From Nageia nagi (taxonomy: Eukaryota > Plantae > Pinophyta): DNA of 64,000 bases. How positions within the stretch are numbered: position 1 is the stretch's first letter; each line of letters opens with the position of its first letter. The stretch lies in the NCBI GenBank assembly GCA_050084985.1, contig JBITNC010000001.1:135036001-135100000 (forward strand), written 5' to 3'. A program made the position numbers and the translations under genes. The notes beneath the pieces are model-generated. The model had not been told where the DNA came from. It worked only from the letters and a program-made list of their open reading frames with translations, and ran no database searches. Below are positions 24,316-35,264 of this stretch, piece by piece.

Positions 24316-27100
24316 AATAATTCATATAATCCATTTTACATAGAGTGTTGCACCTTCATAAGGATTGTCAGATAGAAGGCCAATATCTCCAAAGTGCTTA
24401 GGGAGATAAGACAAGTTCAAAGCAAATATGTAAAAGTATTTTCACAAAGAATAATTGGATAATAGAAATTCCTAAAGTAGCTTTTCTAATTTCTAGTAAC
24501 AAGCTTTAGAAAGCACCTAGTAAGAAAAGTAATAATTATGGGTTACTATTGGAACTTTAGAGAAAATTCAAAATTTATTTACTATAAAGAGATGTTTGAT
24601 GATTTGATACAAGAGCTTAGAATAAAATATTGGAATGATGTGATTACAAAGCTTAGATGAGGGTATATAAAATACAAAAGGAATCCTTATAAATTTGAAT
24701 ATTTTCACTACTCCATTTTCTATAGAAATGAAAGAGCCACTTCAAAAGAGGTGAATTGGACTATTTATATGTTATAATTAAAGTATTGATAAACTATTTT
24801 TGGCCATTGAATCACATTTTTAAATTATTCTTCATCCTTAATTAATGTGAGGAAGGAATCATCTACAAAATGACTATTGAGCAGCTCAACCTAGATATTA
24901 GGTAAGGAGGTCCATCTAACTAGTCCATTGGATGTTTAGTATGTAAGGAGGTAGTTCAAGCCTTCAATTGAAAGTACATATAGTAAAGATATTGAAGGGT
25001 AATCCTATCTTATTGACCAAAGAGACATACCACTTCAAACTAATATTTGTTGATGGTAAGTAAAATAAGCACATCAATAAATAGAATTTTTATTGAATTG
25101 ATAATCAATGCCTAAATACTTAAGTTGTTCAATTTTATGGTATATGATATTTATCAAAGTTAATATTAAAAAATAAGGTAGGTTGATTATATTAATGATT
25201 CCATTTCATACCTTCCTATGTAGCCAAAATATTATTTAGAATATATTTGTAATATATGAAATTTATCTAATTTGGTAGATAAATTAAGAGGATCATGTGA
25301 TAAATTTTGAGAGCTAGGGATTTTGCAATGATTCAGTAAGCAACATTAAGAAATGATTTTTTATCATCAATTAGAAATAAACTTTAAAAATACAAATTTA
25401 AAAAATAAATTTGATATTCCCTTCATTGATAAGAGGTTTAGAGTGCCAATAAGCATGACTTCTTGATAAACATTATACAAATCAAGGCTATCATGATCCT
25501 AAATTATTTTATAGAATTTATATGGGAATCCATATAGATAAGGGCTTTTACGATTCACCATTTAAGGAAGAGTTTAAAGAGATCCTCAATGGGGATATTC
25601 TTATTGAAAGATTATTTCCAAGACTTTGACAATCTAATAAGCATTCTTACAAGGATGTTTCCTTGTGATGAGAGCTACCTTGAGAGGGTAAAACTTAGTT
25701 GTAGTGGCAAACAAAAGCTAGAAGATGGTATGTAAAGTAATAATGTGATCCCTAACTTTCTAAAGAGCCTTGATTTGAATCACTCAATGATAAGGCAATG
25801 ATGTTCTTCTAGATTTTTAAATTGACATTTACTTTACAACATAAATTATGTAACTTTTATTTCTTGTAGTAAAAGCATATCAACACCCTATTTCTAGTTT
25901 AAATATATCAAGATCTATTGGACCATGTAATTACAAACGTAGTCTATCATCAATCAACATTCCATGATTTAAAAAAATCATGAGGAATTCTCAAGGTGTA
26001 TGTCCCCTTTAATATCATCAATGTTGTCATCATTTGAGAGAGATTAAAAAGTATTTAAAATGAAACACTCATTGTTATCACATATGAAGTAAAATTTATG
26101 TCTTTTCTCATGAGAAGATTTTCTCTATCCTTTGTTGAGCTATAAGAATATCAAACTATGCCAGTGAGCTGGCCAATTGAATATATTGTAGTGTGAGGCA
26201 TACTTTATAAAGAGATTAATATAATTAAGGAGGTTCTATAGTTAACCTTTGAGGTTCATAGTATTTTGGGTCTATTAGATGAGATGGGATTGGCATTAGC
26301 ATGTATTTACTAACAAGGGAACTTGGAGGGATTTGACTAACCTATGGGGGATGAGGATTTACATTGAGGGATAGTTGTGTTTGTTATGCAAATATGAGAT
26401 TGTAGTCTATTCCTCTTACAATGCACTACCCACATGTGAACTTTTAAAGGTTTCTTGAGATGCTACTTAAAGAGTTATGGGTTTGAAACAACCCTCCATG
26501 AGAAGTTTATCTTTAATCTTATGTAAGAAGGATTGAAAACAAAAATAAGAATTAGGTGGGTTGATGTACATTACTTGTTGTTGAAAGTGAGTGTTACCCA
26601 CATAAATATCATAAACTCTTTAAAATCTTGAGAATAATAAATTTCAACACATAAATATTGGTGAGATCAAACAACATATAACTTAAACTCTTCCATATAA
26701 ATAAACTTATTTCTAAAAACCACCAATGATTTTAATGCTACAACAATATATTGTATAACATTGATTCATTATGTTATTATTCTATTAAAATATAATCTAT
26801 TAAAAAATCATATCTATGAAAATAAAACCATAAAACCTTTCACTGTTGTTATTATAAAGATTAGTGTCAAATTTAAATCACTATTTTACAATCTTCCAAA
26901 AAAGCAAAACATAGCAAAGATCCATAAAATCGAAATTCAAAATAAGAAGGCTGCATTCCTAAAATAAACGACAATTTCGCAATTATTATTATGATCTGTT
27001 CAAAACAGCTATACATAAAATCATCATTTACATAGTTGTCACGTCCATAACATTTACTATCTATAATTTGTCGTATGTTGTCTCTTACCATTTTCCTTGC
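24316..27100 (-). mobile_element. Degenerate L1 LINE (ORF1 plus ORF2 with deletions), copy A
   Basis: Minus strand NSHFVDDSFLTL (~24850-24880, FADD), MVNRKSP..GFPYKFYK (~25510-25565), and ORF1 knuckle-like QQVMYINPPNSYFCFQSFLHKIKD (~26510-26585). Confidence 0.8.
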
Positions 27101-28679
27101 AAGCGTTTCTTTATAACAATGGATTCTGTAAATAAGGTGGGTTTTAAATACTTCACAGTTTTCACGCTATAAAATCTTTCAGGCATATTTTCATCGACTT
27201 AAAATCCACAAGAAATTGAAGAAAGTTGCCAACACTTCCCATAAAAGGCCAATACCTAGAATCCAAAAAAAGAATCCAGATTCCAGAAAACAGAAAAGTT
27301 GACGATTTAAAATCTGCAGAGATAAGATGCCTGCAACCAATCGTTTTCAAATTAAATAAGTAAATGATTCATTAGCATCATAAGAATCTTTAAATGCTAA
27401 GGAATGACTTACTTATTTATGATGCATGTGGGAATTTTAGTTCGAAAGCGGACTTTGCTTGGATTTTTAACATCCCTAACCAGGCTCTTATTTCAAGATT
27501 AACAGTCAAATCTATACTAAATGCATGGTTTGATGGAAGGTTTTCCAATGTTATTGTAATGGAGTTAGAAGATTCATTGTATTTTGTTTTCCTTGACTAC
27601 AGAATTTTGATAATAAAATTTGGAACGATAAAGAAGGCGTAGATCAGGGGATAAATACAATAAATTATTGTTTTCCTTCCAAATCTATTTCCTCCTGGAA
27701 TTTATCCTCTGTTTTCCTTCAAAACATAAAACCTACCTAAAGTCAAAGATGATTTGTTGATACCATATTTTAAAAAGCTATGTGATATATTAAAGGGTGA
27801 GTTATTGATACCATGGGACCACCTTTTGGAAAATACTTTCTGAAATCTCTGGGACAACCCACGTTTTAAGATGCTCAGGAAATTTGGCAGTTCCAGCCAA
27901 CGCTTTAAAATAAAACTATTTTAAAAGTTGGTAGTTTAATTAATTGCATATAACAGACACGCTTAGTAAATTATAATTTCTATGGTCAAATCTTGAGATC
28001 CATAGCGAAGCATCGAAAAGAAAGAAAGCTTGATGTTTGCAGCCAGCTATGTCCTTCACGTCCTTCAGATAAGATTTTTAAAAAGTTAGTCAAAATAAAA
28101 AAATTGAATTTATTTTGTCCTTCAGTATTTCTCTTTAATTTTAATTTTAATTTTTAAGGACGAATTTGAAAAATTGCCCTATGGGTTTGTGCAATTGTGA
28201 TTAACATCGTAAATGTGAGTCCACACTCTACAGCGTGTAAATGATCATTGGCTTTGTGAGTCCATTATATTTCTATCATATTTTGTAATATAATAAAAAT
28301 AAAATGATTAATTTATATTTTTATATTCAAAATAATAAACTATTTTTCATTCAAAAGACAAAACTTCCTAAAATTATTAAAATAAAAATTTATCCGGCCT
28401 TTCAAATTTGATCCCGTCTCGAAAGTGTCGATGATTACGTTTAGGTGGGGTTGGTCATGCTGTGAATACCGCTAAAATATGCAAGTCATTTCCCAGGCGT
28501 ACAGTTTTCTATCCGACCTTGGTACTTCACGAGATTCTTTCAGGAGAAATTTGAGATGTCGTTTACTTTGTGTCTGATCCTTTTAGGCTTACGAATTCAG
28601 ATTTCTTCGTAATTGGATTGAAATTGGACTCTTCAAGCAGTTCTGAGGTCCCAAAAAAAAACACATTATTGGTTGTGAA

Positions 28680-28921
28680 ATGGAATTGATGAAGTCAAAA
28701 CTGCGCGTATGGCTTTGGGTGTTGATAATTGCTATTGCTGCTGCCGCGGGGACAAGCTGAGGATTTAATAGAGACACTGTCTGGTCAGCCCAAAGTAAAT
28801 TTTAAGCAATATGGAGGGTACATAACAATTGATGAGCGTGCAGTACGAGCTTTGTATTATTATTTCGTGGAGGCAGAGAATGATGAGCTGTCCAAATCTC
28901 TAACGCTGTGGCTGAACGGAG
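28680..28921 (+). pseudogene. SCPL exon 1, copy B (14-bp deletion, premature TGA at 28758-28760)
   Basis: Same ATG context as copy A: [26 protein letters not shown]. The rest of the exon is out of frame; GT donor intact at 28922. Confidence 0.92.
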
Positions 28922-29470
28922 GTATGCCAATCGCCCCAGCCTTCCCTTAAAAGTCTTTTAATTCAGTTTATGCATTGTTAGTTAAGAGTAGCAGTCTACA
29001 GAGATAGAGAATTTGAGAGAACTCCTGCGGGCATCTGGAATAGGAGGCTAATTCAACTAAAGATATTTTAGGTTGTATATTACAAGGATAAAATCTGATA
29101 TAACTTGACAGAGATTGGGTGAAGGATAGCCAAAAACTAATACTGGGGATTAAGTGGGATGCCTTCAGAAATTTATCCTCATCCCCTAAAATGTACCCGT
29201 CAAAGGGAAGACTACTAGCATTAAACCTAAAATTTTATACTCGAGAAATTTGTAGCAGTGATTAACATATTTTGTAAGATTTATAATTAATTGATGAATA
29301 CAAACTCTATTATTGTATGTGTACAACAAAAATTAGCCCAACAACCACCCAAAGCTAATTAAAATAATCTAATTGTAATAAAGGTGTGATTAGTATCATT
29401 TTTATAGTTTGTTCTCTTAACCAAGGAAAATTAAATGTATGTGTATATTAAAAATAAATTATTATCTAGC

Positions 29471-29597
29471 ATGTGTAGGGGAGGTGGAGAGAGGGGTAGC
29501 TGAAAGCTCTCAAGTGGATAATGAGAGGTCCTAGGTTCAAATATCTACCCTCACATGTAAGTGGATATTTAGCATATGATGGACTTAAAATAAGGTT
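29471..29597 (+). mobile_element. tRNA-derived SINE-like element, family 1
   Basis: Absent at the homologous site of copy A. B-box-like GGTTCAAAT (29534-29542). Homologous to 33494-33688 in opposite orientation. Confidence 0.55.
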
Positions 29598-29689
29598 CAT
29601 CTTTTTCTTTTCAATTTGTTATAAGTTTTTTTTCATGAATTTTTCTTTCTTCAAATGAGTTAAAATTATGTTTTGAACTTGAACTTCTT

Positions 29690-32024
29690 ACTTTTTTTCT
29701 TGAGATTAGTATGTTGTTTGTAGCTCTTAGTACTATTCTTTGAATAATTTTTCACCTCTTTGCATAACTCATCCATGTACTTATTAAAATGTTTTCCTAC
29801 AACACATGGTCTTCCTTAAATAACAATATTTTTCAACTCATATATCCCTCTAGGACTAAGGTTATACACAATTTGGAAAGGACTCTTCACTATACTTTTA
29901 TGATTTATCAACCAAGTTATTATATATAAATTCAGCTTGTATCAATGTAGTATTGTGTATTTGGCTTCTTTTTTATCAAACATCTCAATAAGTATTTGAG
30001 ACTTCTATTGATAACCTTTATTTTCTCATCAATTCATGTATGATAGACTAGAATGTTATATGTCTTTTCATAGTTTATTATATTAACCAATGAAAAATAA
30101 AAGTTTGCATATTAAAAAATAATAATTAAAATTTATGTAGGACTTTACAATGTTCAATATTTATAAGTTCTATCCAAGAATCTCTCTTTCTTCAAATGAG
30201 CTAAAACCATATATTTAATGTCAAATTCTTATTCTCTAGTTTTGTCAAATACCCTAAAATAAGAAAAAATACATTCAAAACTAGAAAAGATTGAATAACC
30301 AAAGATATTAGATTCTGCTAATTTTGATAACACATATTTTGATTCAGAATAGAGAGACACATCTTCTTATCCAAAATTAAAACCAACATGAAAATGATAT
30401 CCTCAACTAAATTTTCCTTAATTCTTTTAAAAACTCCTACTGCTACTCTACCCCACTAGAATTTGAGGTTCTCCAATAAATTCTTATATCTAGAAGGACA
30501 CAAGCCTTCATTTTCATAAATAATTTTATCATCTAGTATGTATATCTAATAAAAATAACTTTAGACTCTTTAACAGTCACACACTTAATAGGTGGCAACA
30601 TCTTCTTATTGCATCACTTGCTTTAATAATGAAGGCTTCAAACTTGGATTTCTACTATGATATCATGTGCAATTTTTGGCTCTTGCATCAATTGTTATAT
30701 GTAAACTCTTCTTATGTCAATGTAGTATCCCATAGATTTGGCTTCTTTTTTATCAAACATCTTAATAAATTTTTGAAATTTATATTATCTACCTCTATTT
30801 TCACATCATGGATGATAGGTTGAACTACAAGTGAACTTAGTATACAAGTTCATTCATAACGTTTACCAAAATGATCCACACATTTGGTATTTATATTTGA
30901 GATGATGCTCTTTTTACAATCCATACATTTCATTAGTCTTCTTGCAAGGTATGAAATGTGCCATATTAATAAAACCTATCAATAACAATAAAAGTAAAGG
31001 TATCTTTTTGAGTTCATAGCAGCCCAATAATGAAATCCATGCTTATAATTTCTTAAGTTCTCTCCAGTATAGGAAATAGTTTATATAAGTTGATGTTTTA
31101 ACTCCTTCCTTTAGCATATTAATAAACTCTATAATTTTGAATAAATTTATTCATATCTATACTTATTATATATCAATAATAACTCTCATAAAGTTATCTC
31201 ATTATTTTATCCACATCAAAGTGTCTAATTAGATCTACATTAAATTTAATCCATAATAGGTTTAACCTTTTTAAGATCCATTCATAAACCTTCTTTATAA
31301 ATGAAAAAGCCTAAATACACTAACTCTTAAACATAAAGATGCACTTTTTAAAATTCAACAATAGCATTTCTTCCTTTAATCTTTGTAAAATCAATCATAA
31401 ATTCATTAAATGCTCTTCTTTAGTTTTACTTAATACTAAGATATAATTAAAATAAAATCTTATCAAGAAATAACTTCAACACTTTAAGCGCTCATACAAT
31501 CCATTTTACATTTTACATGAAGTACGACACTTTGGCAATAATAGTCTAGGAGGTCAATATCTATGAAGTGCTTAGGAACATAATATAAATCCTAAATACC
31601 TCTACTAAATTCTTTTCTTTGGAGAATTATTGGGCCATTGAAAGTCTCAAAATAGATTTTTTAATTTCTGTTAATAAGCTCTTTAGAAGGCACGTAGTAA
31701 GGAACGTAATCATTAAGAATTTTCCTCCCAAAGAGCTCTTTTTGTTCACTCATTGATCAGTAAGCTTTGGATTCAACTATTTAAATGACATAATTGCAAA
31801 GCTCGAAGGGGTAGCTCTAAAATATGAGAGGAATCCTTGTAAATTTAAATATTGTTTTTGTACTTGAATACATTATAATTGGAAATGAAAGAGCCACTCT
31901 AGGAGAGGTAAATCAAACTATGTATAGTAGAAGGTCTTAAATAATTATATGTTGGAATCATTGGTTTGCTAAAAGATTCCTAGCTAGTGAATTATCTATT
32001 TGAAAGATGCTTTATCCTCAATTG
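29690..32024 (-). mobile_element. Gypsy pol fragment (integrase piece duplicated) plus truncated L1 ORF2, copy B
   Basis: Colinear with 22700-24840. Gypsy/L1 junction at ~31485. L1 ends at TCCTCAATT, where it is fused to exon copy C. Confidence 0.82.
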
Positions 32025-32026
32025 AA

Positions 32027-32217
32027 TTATTGCTGCTGCTGCGGGGACAAGCTCCGCCGGTACAGCTGAGGATTTAGTAGAGACACTGCCTGGTCACCCA
32101 CAAGTAGATTTTAAGCAATATGGAGGGTACGTAACCATTGATGAGCGTGCAGGACGAGCTTTGTATTCTTATTTCGTAGAGGCAGAGAACGATGATCAAC
32201 GCTGTGGCTGAACGGAA
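32027..32217 (+). pseudogene. SCPL exon 1, copy C (5'-truncated, no ATG or promoter, net 13-bp deletion near the 3' end)
   Basis: [56 protein letters not shown], then a frameshift. GTATGC donor at 32218. Confidence 0.92.
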
Positions 32218-33007
32218 GTATGCCAATTGCCCCAGCCTACACTTAAAAAGTCTTTAAATTCAGTTTATGCATTGTTAGTTAACAATAGCAACCTACGGAG
32301 ATTGAGAGAACTCCTGCGGGCATCTGAAATAAGAGGCTAATTCAACTAAGATATTTTAGCTTGTATATGACAAGGATTAAATCTGATATAAGTTCAGAGA
32401 GATTGGGTGAAGGGATAGACAAAAACTAATAATTGGGATGCCTTCAGAAATTTATCCTCATCCCCTAAAATGAACCCGTCAAAGGGAAGACTATTAGCAT
32501 TAAACCTAAAATGTTATACTCGACAAATTTGTAGCAATGATTAACATATTTTGTAAGATTTACAATTAAATGATGAATACAAACTCTAGGCCTTTTTGTC
32601 GTCAGTTAGAAGGTTGAATTCTATTATTACGCTGTAAGGCGTTTCGTCTTTGAGTCGTTTTGGTTCAATTTTTGATCGCTAGGTTGGTAAATGTCTAGAA
32701 TCATCGATCGTGATCGAAACTGTGTAGATCGTTGATGGCTTGATGGGATAAGGTGTTGTACTGTCTACATCACGCAATACTTCTTAACTCATCTATCCCT
32801 TTTGGACTAAGTCTATACACAACTTGGAAATGGCTCTTCACTATACTTTTATCAATAGAGTTGTTATATGTAAATTTCTCTTCTACCAATGTAGTATTAT
32901 GTAGATTTGGCTTCTTGTAGATCAAACATCTCAATAACTTTTTGAGATTTTTATTGACAACCTTCATTTTCCTATCAATTCATGTATGATAGATTGAAAT
33001 ATTGCAT

Positions 33008-33140
33008 GTTGGTTGAGTTGGTCATGTCATGACCCTATTTCACATAGTGTCCCAAGTTCAAATCCCACTAAGAGTGATACAATGTACTCCCTATAGTCAT
33101 CCCATAAAACACTCTTGGTTTCCCGAGGACATTAATAAAA
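33008..33140 (+). mobile_element. tRNA-derived SINE-like element, family 2
   Basis: A-box-like TGGTTGAGTTGG (33010-33021) and B-box-like AGTTCAAATCCC (33055-33066). Absent from the homologous site in copy B (~30060). Second copy at 43880-44022. Confidence 0.65.
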
Positions 33141-33493
33141 TTTCTTTCTATCTATTAACCAATGAAAATTAAAAAAATGTGTATATTAAAAATAATAATT
33201 AAAATTTATCTACAACTTTACAATGTTCAATATTTATAAGTTCTATTCAAGAATCTCTCTTTGTTCAAATGAGCTCAAACTATATATTTAATTTTAAATT
33301 CTTATTCTCTAGTTTTATAAAATACCCTATGATAAAAAAAAGTACATTCAAAACTAGAAAATGAAAGAACCAAATACATTATTTTCTATTAATTTTAATA
33401 ACACATATTTTGATTCAAAATAGATAAAATCCTCTTCTTATTAATAATTAAAACTAAAATAAAATTGATCTCCTCAACTAAATTTTTCTCACT

Positions 33494-33688
33494 CTTTTTT
33501 ATAGTAGTCCATCCTTTTATATTTATACTTTGGAATTAGATTTCATTTTTGTGGGGTTCTCTTTCATCAAATTCACCTAGGAGTCACACTCAATCACATC
33601 CACACTAGCTTGAAACCATTGAATGGGACCTCCTTTATTTCCACTTGGGAGGTTTAACACCCACTTGCTCTCCAACTCCCCTCACATT
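33494..33688 (-). mobile_element. SINE-like element, family 1, second copy
   Basis: Minus strand ATGTGAGGGGAGTTGGAGAG..CAAGTGGA..GAGGTCC..GATGGACT plus A-tail, matching 29471-29597. Absent in copy B (~30420). Confidence 0.55.
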
Positions 33689-34209
33689 ATTTGATTTTTC
33701 TTATTTCTTTTAAAAACTTCTACTGCTACTCTAGAAGAACAAATCCCTTCATTTTCATAATTATTTTTATCATCCCATTAGTTGTATTTAGTAAAGATAA
33801 ATTCAAACTCTTGAATAGTTATATGCTTAATAATTAGCAACGTCTCCTTATTGCATTACTTATTCTACTAATGAAGGCATAAAACTTGGATTTCTACCAT
33901 GATATCATATGCAAGTTTTGGATGTTCTTGCATCAATTGTTATTTGTAAAATATTCTTGTGCCAATGTGGTATCCAATAGATTTTGCTTCTTTTTTCATC
34001 AAACATCTCAATAAGTTTTTGAGACTTATATTATCATCCTTTATTTTCATATTATAGATGATAGGTCGAACTATAAGTGAGATTAATATACAATTTCATA
34101 AATCATATTTTCTAAAATAGTTTACAATTTTGGTATCTCTATTCAAGATAATATTTTTTGATAATATATGAAATATCACTTCTTTAAAGATCAATATAAT
34201 AATGTGAAT

Positions 34210-35264
34210 GGGTTAAAGCAAGAACATGAGTCCACTTAAAGTGAAAGTCTTACGACTTAAACTCAATGTCAAAAAAGTCAAGATCCCAATTTTAACACAA
34301 TTCATATCGAGATCTTGATTTAGGTTCGGGATCCCAACAAGGATCGAGAACTTGATACTAAAAAATTAGGATCCTAATATTTTTTACATATAAAAAATCG
34401 TATATCAAGATCCCAAAATTTGAATTTAAATCAGGATCCTAATATATTTAAATCCATTTTCCTTCAATTTAGACTTGATTTTAGGCTTGGGAAAGGATTA
34501 GCAAGCTAACCCTTAGCCTTGACCTACAAGTATGTGTTCATGGAGGAAATACATTGGATGGAGTTATTGGTAGAGTTTTTCATAAAATTAAAACCGATTA
34601 CAGATGAAAGAGTACAAATTTCAAATATGCAATTTTAAAAAAATGGATTAGATTTTATCTTTTTCAATTAATTTTCATTGAAACTAATCCATATACTTGA
34701 AATATGACGGTATCTTATTTTCTTAATAACTTTTTATGTTTTGGGAATTATGTAAAACATATTCAAGAATAAGCTATAAATAATTCTCTATAAGATAAGC
34801 AATAAATTTGAAAAAAATAAGTTTAGGTCAAATTATGTGTCAAATATGAGCACTTTTTGAAATAGAAAAATGAATAATACAAAAGTAATAAAAAAAATAT
34901 TTATGAAAAAATTATGGGAAAATATCTATGACAAGCTTCAATGTCTTAGGAATCTATGCCCAAAAGAATTTCAAATTAAATTATGCTTGTTAGATATGTG
35001 CATTGTATGGTCTTAAAATTGTATATTTTAAAAAGTGGTTTTTATTCATCCCTATAAAAATTTAACTTCCATCATCTAGGTATTGAAATAAATTAAATTA
35101 TGTATTTAAAAACTAAAATCTGAGCACTACATTTTCATCCTATTTTTTATGATTCCATATCTAAGTACTTCAAATTTTGAGATCAATCTTACCCAAACTT
35201 GAAAATTAAGGAAAGCATTTCCAGTTTTTGGCCATAAAGTGGACCCAACTTCTTACATTGACTT
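34210..35264. mobile_element. Non-autonomous TIR DNA transposon (MITE-like, ~1.05 kb)
   Basis: Imperfect ~28-bp TIRs GGGTTAAAGCAAGAACATGAGTCCACTT / AAGTGGACCCAACTTCTTACATTGACTT, flanked by duplicated GAAT (extendable to TGAATG). Empty site present in copies A (~23165) and E (~51775). Confidence 0.85.

Noticed and set aside
28729-28950. 73-aa ORF as an intact SCPL copy
   Set aside because: It starts at a TTG in the shifted frame. The real ATG (28680) frame stops at 28758-28760.
33008-33075. tRNA gene
   Set aside because: A/B-box-like motifs are present but I could not fold a cloverleaf, and the patch is a lineage-specific insertion, so it was called SINE-like.
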